From: Verrucomicrobiota bacterium
GTDB lineage: Bacteria > Verrucomicrobiota > Verrucomicrobiia > Opitutales > Seribacteraceae
NCBI GenBank assembly: GCA_027622665.1
Contig: JAQBYT010000006.1
Coordinates: 1-64,000 of the forward strand
Reading direction: 5' to 3'
DNA length: 64,000 nucleotides
Below, one piece after another: positions 1 through 10,040 of this stretch; within the stretch, counting starts at the first letter, position 1, and every line of letters starts with the position of its first letter. The position numbers and the translations under genes are program-made. The notes beneath the pieces were generated by a model. That model made no database searches and was not told where the DNA came from. It saw only the letters and a list, made by a program, of their open reading frames with translations.

Positions 1-12
1 ACCGGCCAGCCA
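1..12 (+). tRNA. Probable 3' terminus of a tRNA (Gln-like) cut by the window edge
   Basis: Window starts ACCGGCCA-G-CCA. This fits acceptor strand CCGGCCA (A72), discriminator G73 and encoded CCA, the U1:A72/G73 signature of bacterial tRNA-Gln. Only 12 nt are visible. Confidence 0.3.
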
Positions 13-14
13 GT

Positions 15-96
15 AGCGGAGTGAGCCGTAGGGAGCCGCCGAGCAGAGCGGAGCCTGCGCGGGGAGCGACCGGAGCCGAACGGAGCTCCGCTTTTT
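15..96 (+). other. Long imperfect GA-mismatch hairpin followed by T5 (terminator or REP-like element)
   Basis: AGCGGAG(15-21)/CTCCGCT(86-92), CCGT/ACGG, CCG/CGG and GCAG/CTGC pairings around a GCGGAGC apical minihairpin, then TTTTT. Confidence 0.45.
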
Positions 97-310
97 CGCT
101 TACGCCTACAATACCGCGAAGCAAGCTAAGATCGGATAGCCGCCGAACCTGGATTCCGGTTTGCCGGCGCTTCGGTACCGAGCTAATAAGCCGTTACACG
201 ATGTTACGCCCAGCAGGAGGATTCCCCGTGAGGGCTGGAAATGATTCGGGGTAGAGTAGGGTGGCTTTGTGGATGCCCGCACCCCATGTAATCTTTTGTT
301 GAGGAAACGG

Positions 311-808
311 CTAGTTCAGTTTAGCGAGCGTTTCTTTAATTGCATCGAAATTCGGTAATTCCATCGGTGTGGCGGTCTGTTCCGCGTATTGGACGATGCC
401 TTCTTTGTCTATCACAAACGCTGCCCGGGCGCTTACGCTGCCCACCCCAATGAGATCATCGAGCAATACGCCGTAGTCTTTCGCCGTTTGCTTGTTCAGG
501 TCGCTGGCAATGGTTATGCCGATACTTTCCTTTTCCGCCCATTGCCCTTGGGCAAACGGGCTGTCGACGCTTATTGCAATCACCTCTGCATTCAGCTCGC
601 CGTAGGCAGCCAAACCAGAGGTGACGTCGCAAAGCTCTTGTGTGCAAACCCCTGTGAAAGCGAGTGGAAAGAACAAAATCACGGTGTTTCTTTGGCCAAC
701 GTTGGTTGCCAGATTTACGTCACTCAGTCCGAAATCGTCCTTTTCACCGGGAGCGTTTATGGATTTCAGGGTGAAGTCGGGAGCCTTGGAGTTAATTTCG
801 AGGGTCAT
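311..808 (-). CDS. Peroxiredoxin (AhpC/TSA family, AhpE-like)
   Basis: FFPLAFTGVCTQELC peroxidatic motif, ISVDSPF, RAAFVIDKEG. Confidence 0.92.
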   Translation of the reverse strand: MTLEINSKAPDFTLKSINAPGEKDDFGLSDVNLATNVGQRNTVILFFPLAFTGVCTQELCDVTSGLAAYGELNAEVIAISVDSPFAQGQWAEKESIGITIASDLNKQTAKDYGVLLDDLIGVGSVSARAAFVIDKEGIVQYAEQTATPMELPNFDAIKETLAKLN

Positions 809-1084
809 CGTAATATATTTTTATTTGGTTGGGTTCTGTGTATGCCATCGATTCGGCGACAGCGACTTATCAAACCTTAAAAAAAAATAAAAGGCAACTC
901 TTTGCATGGAGTCCGGGGCCACGGGGTGAGGGGCCTAGAATCAGCCGGAGGAAGAAAGCTCCATTCGAGTGGCTGACTATCCCATACGCAACGACCACCA
1001 GTGATTACATTTCCCCATGATCTCTTTTTTCTCTAACAACGGTGTGGCCTGCCGTGCGTCCCCTAAAGGTCGCTTTGCCTAACC

Positions 1085-2692
1085 TTAGGCGGTGGCGCCT
1101 TCCGGTTCCGGGTTTTCGTCGAGAAGTGCATCGCCTTCTTCCATGACGCCGTCCACGATGGCGGCTCCGACTGAATCGCCGAAGCAGTTGACCGCGGTGC
1201 GGAATCTATCCAGCAGCCAGTCGACCATGAGTATCAGGCCTATTGCCTCGACGGGGAGTCCGGCGGCATTCAGGACGATCAGCATGGTGACCAGACCGGC
1301 CTCGGGGATTCCGGCCGCCCCGATTGCCGCCAAGGTGGCCGTGATTGCGATGGTGATCTGGGTTGTCATGGTGAGTTCCTGGCCTGTGATCGGGAAATAA
1401 ATTTGGGCTATGAATATGGCGGCGGCAGCCTCGTAAAGGGCGGTGCCGTCCATGTTGATGGTGGCCCCCAAGGGGAGAACGAACTTTGTGGATTTTTCCG
1501 AGATTCCGGCCTTGTCGATGGCGCACTCCATGGTGATGGGGAGGGTAGCCGAGGAGCTAGCCGTGGAGAACGCCGTGAGCACGGCTTGAGACATATTCTT
1601 AAAGAAGGTAATGGGGTTTTTCTTGGTGAACAGCCAGTAGATCAAGAACAAGGTGACAAAGGCATGGAAGCCCAGTCCCGTGAGAATCGTCAGGATATAG
1701 TAACCCTGCTGACCGGCCATTTCCGCCAACTTGCCCTCTAGGTTGGCATGACCGAACTTCCCCGCCACCAGACAGAAGATGCCCAATGGGGCAATGTTCA
1801 TGAGGAGCATCACGAAAGACATCAAGGCATCGTTGGCTTGCCCGATCATTCTGGTGATGGCGAAGACCTTTTTGCCCATAGTGGTAAGCATGGCGGCAAA
1901 AATAATGCTGAAAACAATAAGGGGAAGCAGGTTCATCTCCGCCGCGGCCTTGAACAAGTTGTTTGTGACAAGCATGAGGAGAATGTTCTCGAGAATGTCG
2001 GCCAGACCTTTTTCTTCACCGGCCTTCTTCTTTTGGGCCACTGCCTTGGCGTAAGCTTTGTCTGCGGTATCCTTATCGGTCTGGGCCATCTCGACTTGCG
2101 TCTTTAGGGTCTCGTCTTGAGGTGATTTCTTTAGGGCGGTTTCGGCATCCGCGAGGGCCTTTGCCGCGATGGACAAATCCTCCTCGGCTTTTTGTTGCAC
2201 CTCGATCGCCTCTTTTCGCTTTTTCTGCTCTTCCACGGCTTTGGACGCCTCTTCATTGGCTTCGTTTTTCTCTTCAACCTTGGCCTTGATCTTCTCCTTC
2301 AAGGCTACCAGTTCGGCCTCGGCCTCCTTTTTCTCCGGGCCGGCTGCCGCTTCGTACTTGGCCTTGGCTGCCTCCAGCTCCGGCTTCATGATGTTGACTA
2401 TGATTAGCCCGACAATCACAGCCAACACGGTCGTGGACATGTAATAGCCAATCGCATAGGCGCCCGGTTTTCCCAGCTTCCGGACATCGCCGAGTCCCAG
2501 AATGCCGCTCATTACCGACATCACCACGAGGGGCACGACCATCATCATCAAAAGGCTGAGAAAGACTTCGCCGCCAACTTCGAATTTAACGGCAATTTCG
2601 GGAGCGAAGTACCCCATCGCGATCGCTGCAACGATAGCGGCAATGATGTAATAAGTTAGGTTTCCGTGACCTTTGGGTTTCTTTTTACTCAT
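1085..2692 (-). CDS. Dicarboxylate/amino acid:cation symporter (GltP/DAACS family) with a long coiled-coil insert
   Basis: TASSSATLP, GATINMDGT, GAAGIP and DWLLDRFRTAVN motifs; multiple TM segments. Confidence 0.93.
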   Translation of the reverse strand: MSKKKPKGHGNLTYYIIAAIVAAIAMGYFAPEIAVKFEVGGEVFLSLLMMMVVPLVVMSVMSGILGLGDVRKLGKPGAYAIGYYMSTTVLAVIVGLIIVNIMKPELEAAKAKYEAAAGPEKKEAEAELVALKEKIKAKVEEKNEANEEASKAVEEQKKRKEAIEVQQKAEEDLSIAAKALADAETALKKSPQDETLKTQVEMAQTDKDTADKAYAKAVAQKKKAGEEKGLADILENILLMLVTNNLFKAAAEMNLLPLIVFSIIFAAMLTTMGKKVFAITRMIGQANDALMSFVMLLMNIAPLGIFCLVAGKFGHANLEGKLAEMAGQQGYYILTILTGLGFHAFVTLFLIYWLFTKKNPITFFKNMSQAVLTAFSTASSSATLPITMECAIDKAGISEKSTKFVLPLGATINMDGTALYEAAAAIFIAQIYFPITGQELTMTTQITIAITATLAAIGAAGIPEAGLVTMLIVLNAAGLPVEAIGLILMVDWLLDRFRTAVNCFGDSVGAAIVDGVMEEGDALLDENPEPEGATA

Positions 2693-2965
2693 GAAATTAC
2701 TTAATAAACTATGATCTGGTTACTCTGTCGGTTGGCCTTTTTGCTCTTTGTTGCTATAGCCGTGATCTCGCTTTGGCGGATTATGTTCGAAGGCCCCACT
2801 TTTACCGGAGTTCGGTTCGTAGCAAGAACGTACATTCATCGAGGCAGTATAGAACCCGTTCGCGATTTCGGCTATTATAAGATTTCACCGATTTTATAAT
2901 GGCCGGGGGATCAAGTCCGATTGCGAGCGTTTCCACGACTAGTATTTCTGCGGCATCGAGTTGCT

Positions 2966-3658
2966 TCAGTCGAGGCTGACAATACAGTCGGGAAGGGCTT
3001 CCTTGAGCATAATTTTTTGACTCTCGTTGATTGAATTGCCGCCGAGGGTCAAAACCTTCAATCCTTTCAATTTCGCAAGCGGCGAGGCATCGGTGATTTG
3101 GTTTTGGTGGAGGTACAATCTCGTCAACTTGGTCAAATCCGTTAGTGGCGCGATGGCCGTGATCTTGTTGTTGCCGAGGTACAGCTTCGTAAGGGACGTC
3201 AATCCTGCGAGCGGTGCGACGTCGGTGACTTGGTTGTCGTTGAGGGCAAGCCACTTCAGTTTGGGCAGTCCCGCCAGTGGAGCAAGGTCGGTGATTTGAT
3301 TGTCGAGGAGGCTGAGATTGGTCAACTTGGTCAGTGTGGCTAGTGGACCAAGAGTGGTGACCTTGTTGTTGTAGAGGGCCAAGTTGGTCAAGTTGGTTGC
3401 GTATTCGAGACCTGTGAGGTCGCTGATTCCGGCATTGTTCGCTTTCAGGGTTTCCAGTGACGCGATTTCCTTACGGGTGATGACGCCTTGTGGTTTGTTA
3501 AGGGCTGCCCGGACGACTGCCTCTAAGTTGGTGTCCTTGAAGGCCACAGGTCCATTCGGAACCGTCGGGTTGCCCGCGGGTTTCACCTCGCTGCTTCTTT
3601 GGGTAACGCATGATGCAAGAAGCAAGGCGGCGGCCGGAGCGACGAACAATTTCCTCAT
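2966..3658 (-). CDS. Internalin-type leucine-rich-repeat lipoprotein
   Basis: LLLASC lipobox; FKDTNLEAVVR cap; 22-aa LxxLxLxxNxITDLxPL repeats; C-terminal LKEALPDC cap. Confidence 0.88.
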   Translation of the reverse strand: MRKLFVAPAAALLLASCVTQRSSEVKPAGNPTVPNGPVAFKDTNLEAVVRAALNKPQGVITRKEIASLETLKANNAGISDLTGLEYATNLTNLALYNNKVTTLGPLATLTKLTNLSLLDNQITDLAPLAGLPKLKWLALNDNQVTDVAPLAGLTSLTKLYLGNNKITAIAPLTDLTKLTRLYLHQNQITDASPLAKLKGLKVLTLGGNSINESQKIMLKEALPDCIVSLD

Positions 3659-3779
3659 CGGGACAGCTCAACATTCAAAGCTTTTTGGGTCAAGCGCATC
3701 GAATTGACCTTTATTCGCGAAAACTGCATGTTCCTAATCGAGTTGCCTCCGAGGCGGACTTGTTCATTGTTCGCCGGCG

Positions 3780-5405
3780 ATGATTCAAATTCAAGAAGTT
3801 AGTCTTGCCTATGGTCCGCAGTCCTTGTTCAAGGAGATCTCCGAGGTAATCGGTCCTCTTGACCGGATTGCCTTAGTGGGCTCGAACGGTTCGGGTAAGA
3901 CCACCTTGTTGCGCATGCTTATGGGCGAGGTGGAACCGGATTCGGGATCCATTGAGAAACCCGATTACACAACCATCGGTTACTTGCCGCAGGATGGTAT
4001 TTCGGTGAAGGGGAGTACTTTGGCCGAAGAGGCGGGGAAAGCCTTTGCCGACGCCTTGGCCTTGCGAGAGCGTTTGGACGAGGCCGATGTCCGGTTGGGT
4101 GAGATGGAACCGGATGCGGAGGAGTTTTACGATTTGATCGACTTGATGGGAGCTTGGGAGGAGCAATTGGCTGCTTACGAGCCGGAGAAGATGAAGTTCC
4201 GTATCGAGAAGGTTTTAACGGGAATGGGATTTGCCCTGTCCGATATGGATCGCGACGTCGGCGAGTTCTCTGGAGGTTGGCAGATGCGGATTGCCTTGAG
4301 CAAACTGTTGCTTCAGGCTCCTTCGCTCCTAATCTTGGACGAGCCGACAAACCATATGGACATTGTTTCCCAGCACTGGTTGGAGCATTATTTGAAGCGT
4401 TACCAAGGCGCCCTGATCGTGATTTCGCATGATCGGGCATTCCTCGAGACGGTGACCGAACGCACATTGGAACTAACGCTCGGCAAGCTCAATAGCTACA
4501 AGGGAAATTATACCTTTTATCTGAAGGAGAGTGTGGCTCGCAAAGAACGCCAGCAAAAGGCTTCCAACAACCAAAAGAAAGTAATCCAAAAGGAAAAAGA
4601 GTTTATCAATCGCTTCCGTTCGAATGTAAAGAAGGCGGCTATGGTGCAGAGCCGGATAAAGGCTTTGGATAAGATGGAAATCGTGAAACCGGAGGCGGAG
4701 GAGAAGAAAATGTATTTTCGTTTTCCGCCGTCGCCGCCCGCAAGTCACAAGGTGATCGAGGTGGAGAATATGAAAAAAGCTTACGGAGACATCCAAGTGT
4801 TCGATGGTTTGGATCTTCGGATAGACAAGGGCGATCGCATTGCCATCGTGGGCGTTAACGGGGCGGGCAAGTCGACCTTGGTTCGCATCCTAGCGGGAGT
4901 GGAACCTTTTCAAGAGGGTGAGCGCGACGTCGGGGTGAATACGGTTATCGGTTATTTCGCCCAGCATCAGTCCGAAGAATTGAATCCCGCCAATGACGTA
5001 CTGACGGAAGTGGAGGAAGTCGCGGAAGGTCACCCCGAATCAAACCCTCGAGCAGCATTAGGCGCCTTGCTCTTCAGCGGGAAAGAGGCGTTGAAGAAGA
5101 CTTCCGTTCTTTCGGGGGGGGAGCGCAATCGAGTGGCGTTGGCGAAACTTTTGATGAAGCCTTGCAACTGCCTTATAATGGATGAGCCCACGAATCACTT
5201 GGACATTCGCAGCAAGGAGGTGCTGCAGGAGGCCCTCAACTTGTTCGAAGGGACCGCCATTATCGTGAGTCACGACCGTTCTTTCTTGGACGGGGTGGTT
5301 ACGAAGGTTCTGGAGGTCTCGCCTCAGAAAACTAGAATGCTCACCTGTAATGTGAGCGAGTACATTGAGAGGTTGGACAGGGAAATGGCCGAGGCTCGTG
5401 GTTAA
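3780..5405 (+). CDS. ABC-F family ATP-binding protein
   Basis: Two ABC domains (GSNGSGKT/FSGGW/LILDEPTNH and GVNGAGKS/LSGGE/MDEPTNH), no TM segments. Confidence 0.95.
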   Translation: MIQIQEVSLAYGPQSLFKEISEVIGPLDRIALVGSNGSGKTTLLRMLMGEVEPDSGSIEKPDYTTIGYLPQDGISVKGSTLAEEAGKAFADALALRERLDEADVRLGEMEPDAEEFYDLIDLMGAWEEQLAAYEPEKMKFRIEKVLTGMGFALSDMDRDVGEFSGGWQMRIALSKLLLQAPSLLILDEPTNHMDIVSQHWLEHYLKRYQGALIVISHDRAFLETVTERTLELTLGKLNSYKGNYTFYLKESVARKERQQKASNNQKKVIQKEKEFINRFRSNVKKAAMVQSRIKALDKMEIVKPEAEEKKMYFRFPPSPPASHKVIEVENMKKAYGDIQVFDGLDLRIDKGDRIAIVGVNGAGKSTLVRILAGVEPFQEGERDVGVNTVIGYFAQHQSEELNPANDVLTEVEEVAEGHPESNPRAALGALLFSGKEALKKTSVLSGGERNRVALAKLLMKPCNCLIMDEPTNHLDIRSKEVLQEALNLFEGTAIIVSHDRSFLDGVVTKVLEVSPQKTRMLTCNVSEYIERLDREMAEARG

Positions 5406-5426
5406 GCCTTGAGCGGTCGTTCCGCT

Positions 5427-6032
5427 CTACAGCAATTTAAGCACGGCGAATCCACCTAGGAGAAGCACACCAAAAGCGAGGGCGAGTTTGTTGAAGTGCT
5501 TGTCGATGAAGACCTTCATAGGTTCGCCGAATTTGGCGATTAGTACGGCGACTATGAAGAAGCGGGCGGAACGACTGATGGCGGAAGCGAGCAAGAATTG
5601 AGGAAAAGCCATGCCTAGAACACCGCTGGCAATGGTGAAGATCTTGTACGGAATAGGTGAAAATCCAGCGAGAAATACGAGAGGCCAACCCCATTCCTTA
5701 TACCAAGAGGTAAGGTGTCTGAATTTCTCCTCGGTGAAACCGGGTACGTATTTGTAGAAGATGTCTTGGACGGTCTCCCAGCCAAAGGCTCCAATGGCGT
5801 AACCGGCGGCTCCCCCTAGCACGGAGGCGATGGAACAGATGAGGGCGAACTTTAGCGCCTTTCTTAGGGCGCCGAGGCAGAGCGGAATTAGAAGTACGTC
5901 GGGCGGGATGGGGAAAAAACTGGCTTCGGCAAAGGATATCGCGGCAAGCCATCCCCCAGCTGATTTCCTTTCGGCGAGGGTGAGCGTCCAATCGTAGACA
6001 CGGCGTAAAAGGTTTGGCTTGGCTTGGCTCAT
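5427..6032 (-). CDS. YqaA/DedA family membrane protein
   Basis: SFAEASFFPIPPDVLL and AGFSPIPYKIFTI motifs; ATG at 6032 chosen as start. Confidence 0.9.
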   Translation of the reverse strand: MSQAKPNLLRRVYDWTLTLAERKSAGGWLAAISFAEASFFPIPPDVLLIPLCLGALRKALKFALICSIASVLGGAAGYAIGAFGWETVQDIFYKYVPGFTEEKFRHLTSWYKEWGWPLVFLAGFSPIPYKIFTIASGVLGMAFPQFLLASAISRSARFFIVAVLIAKFGEPMKVFIDKHFNKLALAFGVLLLGGFAVLKLL

Positions 6033-6059
6033 GTCGTCTCCTTTGGGTTCAGATCTCAA

Positions 6060-6596
6060 CTAAGAGTAGACCTCGGGCTTGAGGAGAGCGACGTGAGGGA
6101 GTTGACGGTAACGTCCCGCGTAGTCGAGTCCGTAGCCGACTACGAAATGATCGGGTATGGAGAAACCTATCCAGTCCGCTTTGAATGGGGTTTCGCGGCG
6201 AGCGGGCTTGTCGAGAAGCACGCAGGAATGGACGGATGCGGGATTGCGAGAGAGGATTTCGTGTTGAACTCGGGACAAGGTGTTGCCGGTGTCGAGGATG
6301 TCGTCGACGAGAAGGACGTGCCGATTCTCCACTTCCGCTCGGAGGTTGCCCAAGATGCGAGGGCTCGACTCGGGAGAGGTGGAGTCCCCGTAACTGGCAA
6401 CGCGTATGCAGTCGAGACGTAGTGGGCGGCGCAGGTTGCGAATGAGATCGGCGGTGAATACGATAGCCCCGTCAAGTAAGGTAATGAGCAGGATTTCCTC
6501 TCCTTCGTAATGAACGTCGATTTCAGCTCCTAGGGCCGTCACGCGCCGGCTGATGGTTTCTTCGTCGAGCAGGATTTCCTGTATGTCGTTGGTCAT
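6060..6596 (-). CDS. hpt: Hypoxanthine phosphoribosyltransferase
   Basis: VLLVDDILDTGNTL PRPP motif, FVVGYGLDY. Confidence 0.95.
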   Translation of the reverse strand: MTNDIQEILLDEETISRRVTALGAEIDVHYEGEEILLITLLDGAIVFTADLIRNLRRPLRLDCIRVASYGDSTSPESSPRILGNLRAEVENRHVLLVDDILDTGNTLSRVQHEILSRNPASVHSCVLLDKPARRETPFKADWIGFSIPDHFVVGYGLDYAGRYRQLPHVALLKPEVYS

Positions 6597-7465
6597 GGCG
6601 AAAAGGTGAGGAGATGATTGATGCTCGATTGGGCGGAGCGGGCATAGCCACCCCCGAAGAGATTGTAGTGGTTCAATTCGTGATAAAGGTTGTACAGGGT
6701 TTTGCGAATTCCGAAGCCGGGGTCGAGAGGGAAAATCTCTTGATAGCCTTTATAGAATTCTTTTGAGAATCCTCCGAACATATAGGTGAAGGCAATATCG
6801 GCTTCACGATCGCCGTAATAGCTTGCGGGATCGAATACATAGGGCTGACCCTCGGCATCGCAAGCGAAGTTGCCGCCCCATAGGTCACCATGCAAGAGAG
6901 ATGGGATGGGCTTATATTCGCTGAAGAAATCGGGGAGTCGCTTGAGGAGTAATTCGGCTCCATGGAAAGATTGACCTTTTTTTTTGGCAAGGTCGAACTG
7001 GTGAATCAATCGGTGCTCACGGTAGAATGTGATCCAGTCGTCGGACGCCGGGTTGGGTTGGTGGGTGGCTCCTATGGCGTTGTCGATCTTCCATCCGAAG
7101 TGAGGTTTTTCGATCCGGTGCAAATGTGCGAGGTCTTGACCTAGCTTGTGCTGGGCGGCACCTCCGACTCGGCCGGTTTCGAGGTACTCGAGTACCAGAA
7201 AAGACCGGTTTCCCGATACCCCGTGACAGATCGTGGCAGGCACGCGAACAGTTCGAGTGGAGGCTATCTCCGCTAGGGCTTTGGCTTCCGCTTTAAAAAG
7301 TCTTAAGAAGTCTGCTGAATTCGCCTTTGCGAAATATACTTCGCCATTCGCACTCTCCAACCGTCGAGCATCGTTGATGCAACCACCGCCGATATTGCTT
7401 TCACTATGGAGAACAAATGAAGTTTGCGTCTCCTTGGCAATGGCGGTTGCTATGTTTCCCCACAT
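6593..7465 (-). CDS. Fructosamine kinase family protein
   Basis: GGGCIN, PSLLHGDLWGGN, FDPASYYGDREADIA, LYHELNHYNLFG. Confidence 0.93.
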   Translation of the reverse strand: MWGNIATAIAKETQTSFVLHSESNIGGGCINDARRLESANGEVYFAKANSADFLRLFKAEAKALAEIASTRTVRVPATICHGVSGNRSFLVLEYLETGRVGGAAQHKLGQDLAHLHRIEKPHFGWKIDNAIGATHQPNPASDDWITFYREHRLIHQFDLAKKKGQSFHGAELLLKRLPDFFSEYKPIPSLLHGDLWGGNFACDAEGQPYVFDPASYYGDREADIAFTYMFGGFSKEFYKGYQEIFPLDPGFGIRKTLYNLYHELNHYNLFGGGYARSAQSSINHLLTFSP

Positions 7466-7524
7466 AGGCGTTTTTGATTTTGTTCAAAGATAAAGATGCG
7501 GAAGGCGAGGTGGCTTTATGTGGT

Positions 7525-8019
7525 CTATCCCAAGCGCTTTCTCAAGTCTTCGAGCAAAGCTCCGCAACCTTCTTCCAACAAATCCAGTACTTTCTCGAAA
7601 CCACTGACCCCACCATAATAAGGGTCGGGTACTTCGCTGACTGTTCCGCTCACGTACTCGCAGAATGGTTGAATCTTCTTTCGTCCCTCATCGTTCGGAG
7701 CGAGTTTGTTCAATTCCGTGAAGTTGAAGTTGTCCATGGTGAGCAGGAGATCTGCATTGGCGAAGTCGTCATTATTGGCTTTCCGTGCTCCTCCACCTGT
7801 TGGGATGCCTCTCGCTCCGGCTGCTTTTTGCATGCGTTGGTCGGGCGAGTTACCCGCATGTTGGTCAATGGTGCCGGCGGAATCGCAGGTGATGCGGTCG
7901 TCCAGTCCATGATCCATTAACAATTTGCGAAAAGTGGCTTCGGCGGCGGGAGAACGGCAGATGTTGCCCCAGCAAACAAAGACTATGTGTAGCTTTTCTT
8001 GAGCGGGTTGGTTTTGCAT
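7525..8019 (-). CDS. Low molecular weight protein-tyrosine phosphatase
   Basis: VCWGNICRSP P-loop, DSAGT, VPDPYYG. Confidence 0.95.
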   Translation of the reverse strand: MQNQPAQEKLHIVFVCWGNICRSPAAEATFRKLLMDHGLDDRITCDSAGTIDQHAGNSPDQRMQKAAGARGIPTGGGARKANNDDFANADLLLTMDNFNFTELNKLAPNDEGRKKIQPFCEYVSGTVSEVPDPYYGGVSGFEKVLDLLEEGCGALLEDLRKRLG

Positions 8020-8104
8020 TTCTAAAAAGGTCGTGCTTTACGCATGAAAATAACGAAGGAGTCAACCTTGACGTTTTACTCCTTTTTTACCATTAATGTG
8101 TATT

Positions 8105-8968
8105 ATGAGCAAGAAGCTTGCAATATTTGGCTGTGGTTATCTTGGCTCCGAGCTTGCTCGGCAGGCTCTAAGTCTTGGGTGGGATGTTTCGGCTGTTACG
8201 CGTAATGCCGATACGGCTTCTTCATTGAGCGATTCGGGTGTCCAAAAGGTCGTGGCAGCGGAGCTGGGAGCTGATTCTTGGCAAGGCGAGATTGATTCGA
8301 CGCAGGATTTCGTGGTGAATTGCGTTGGAGCCGCCTCAGCCGACTTGGATGGTTACTTGAAATCCTATGTCGATGGTCAAGACTCGGTAGTGAAATGGGC
8401 ACGCGACGGGAAGGTGGGAACCTTTGTCTTTACGAGTAGTACTTCAGTGTATCCTCAAACAGAACGCCAACTTGTTGACGAAACCGCGTCTTCCGATGGT
8501 GTTTCCGAACGAGGAGGACTTCTTCTTGCTGCTGAGCAGTTGGGGTTTCCTGGCGGTGGTGGTATCGGTCGCTCCTTTATTTTACGCTTGGCAGGGTTAT
8601 ACGGGCCAGGCCGACACTTGTTTCTTGAAAATGTGAGAAATGGCAAAACCCAATCCGGTGACGGAGATCGTATTCTAAACTTGATCCATCGCGACGACGT
8701 AGTCTCCGCTCTTTTTGCCGTGCTTCAGGCAGGTGACCAAAATATTGGCAGAATTTACAACGTATCCGATGGCAATCACTCTTCGCGAGCAGAGATTGCA
8801 GTATGGCTTGCCGAAAAATTGGGAGTCGATGCACCTTCGTTTGCGGGTCGTGATGGATCCCATGCTTCCAATCGGAAGATCAGCAATAATCGCATTCGTG
8901 ATGAGCTGAATTGGTCGCCGGATTTTCCTTCTTTTCGAGAAGGTTATAATTCGATTCTGGAAAAATAG
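8105..8968 (+). CDS. NAD-dependent epimerase/dehydratase (YeeZ-like SDR)
   Basis: IFGCGYLG Rossmann motif, SSTSVY, LRLAGLYGPGR, NLIHRDD. Confidence 0.88.
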   Translation: MSKKLAIFGCGYLGSELARQALSLGWDVSAVTRNADTASSLSDSGVQKVVAAELGADSWQGEIDSTQDFVVNCVGAASADLDGYLKSYVDGQDSVVKWARDGKVGTFVFTSSTSVYPQTERQLVDETASSDGVSERGGLLLAAEQLGFPGGGGIGRSFILRLAGLYGPGRHLFLENVRNGKTQSGDGDRILNLIHRDDVVSALFAVLQAGDQNIGRIYNVSDGNHSSRAEIAVWLAEKLGVDAPSFAGRDGSHASNRKISNNRIRDELNWSPDFPSFREGYNSILEK

Positions 8969-9034
8969 GATCGGCCCTGTTTTGTTCTAGCATCTTTTCT
9001 TGTTTTTTTTTAACTTTATAAAAGGGTTTTTCTC

Positions 9035-9343
9035 ATGGTCGGAGTCGGTAAGTTGCTCAAGCAAGCTCAGAAAATGCAGAAGAAGATGGAAGAGGCTCAA
9101 GAGGCTCTTGCCCAAGAAGTGTTTGAGGTTTCCGGTGGCGGCGGTGCGGTGACCGTCAAGATAAACGGGCAAGGCGAATTTCAAAATCTTAGCCTAGACC
9201 CGGAATTTCTTAAGGAAGATCCGGACTTTGTGTCCGAGGCTATCCTGCAAGCCATTCGAGATGCAGCTGAGGAAGCCAAGAAACGAAGTGAAGCTGCCAT
9301 GGGTGATCTCACGGGAGGTCTTCAGATGCCCGGGCTTTTTTGA
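9035..9343 (+). CDS. ybaB: YbaB/EbfC nucleoid-associated protein
   Basis: KQAQKMQKKM, SGGGGAVTVKING; directly upstream of recR. Confidence 0.93.
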   Translation: MVGVGKLLKQAQKMQKKMEEAQEALAQEVFEVSGGGGAVTVKINGQGEFQNLSLDPEFLKEDPDFVSEAILQAIRDAAEEAKKRSEAAMGDLTGGLQMPGLF

Positions 9344-9379
9344 CGTTGGTATCCGATTCGTTGTTTTGCGGGCAATATC

Positions 9380-9976
9380 ATGACGCCCGGGTTCGAAAAC
9401 TTACTCAAGGGACTCAAAAGTCTTCCCGGTCTAGGTCACAGGTCGGCCGAACGTATTGCACTTCACTTGCTGGTGGAGAAACCCGAAGGTCTCGACGCTC
9501 TCATTGAGATTCTTCGAACCGCGGGAACCTCGGCCAGAGCTTGTTCCATTTGCGGCAACCTTTCCGAGGATGAAAAATGCTCTATTTGTGGGGACGAGGA
9601 ACGGGAGCAGGGAAAGATCTGCGTCGTCGAGCGAGTCCCAGACCTCTTCGCCATAGAGCGTTCGGGTGCTTTTCGCGGCCGCTATCATGTCCTGCACGGT
9701 AAGCTTTCACCGATTCGGGGCATCGGTCCGGAAAAGCTGAACTTCGCTAGCCTTAGGGCCCGCATTGAAAAAGGCGAGGTGAACGAACTGATCCTTGCCA
9801 TTGCTAACGACATCGAGGGTGAAGCGACCTGTCACTACTTGAGCGAAGAAATCGTGGGGGATAGAGACATGCAAGTAAGTCGCATTGGATTTGGCATTCC
9901 CAGCGGGTCCGGAGTCACTTATGCCGACGAGGTCACCTTGCGAAGCGCCTTGGATGCCCGTAGGGATTTTTCTTGA
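9380..9976 (+). CDS. recR: Recombination mediator RecR
   Basis: LPGLGHRSAERIA HhH, C4 zinc finger, Toprim ICVVE, EGEAT. Confidence 0.97.
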   Translation: MTPGFENLLKGLKSLPGLGHRSAERIALHLLVEKPEGLDALIEILRTAGTSARACSICGNLSEDEKCSICGDEEREQGKICVVERVPDLFAIERSGAFRGRYHVLHGKLSPIRGIGPEKLNFASLRARIEKGEVNELILAIANDIEGEATCHYLSEEIVGDRDMQVSRIGFGIPSGSGVTYADEVTLRSALDARRDFS

Positions 9977-10040
9977 TCAGTCATTTGAATGTTTGGAAAA
10001 AACTTTTCATTGTCTTCGAGGTCTCTATTCTTGGCACCCG

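Noticed and set aside
2711..2899. 62-aa hydrophobic ORF
   Set aside because: Lies in the transporter's upstream region with no supporting motif or RBS; unsupported.
9885..10040. Upstream extension of the amidase ORF
   Set aside because: Overlaps recR; the signal peptide starts at 10041.
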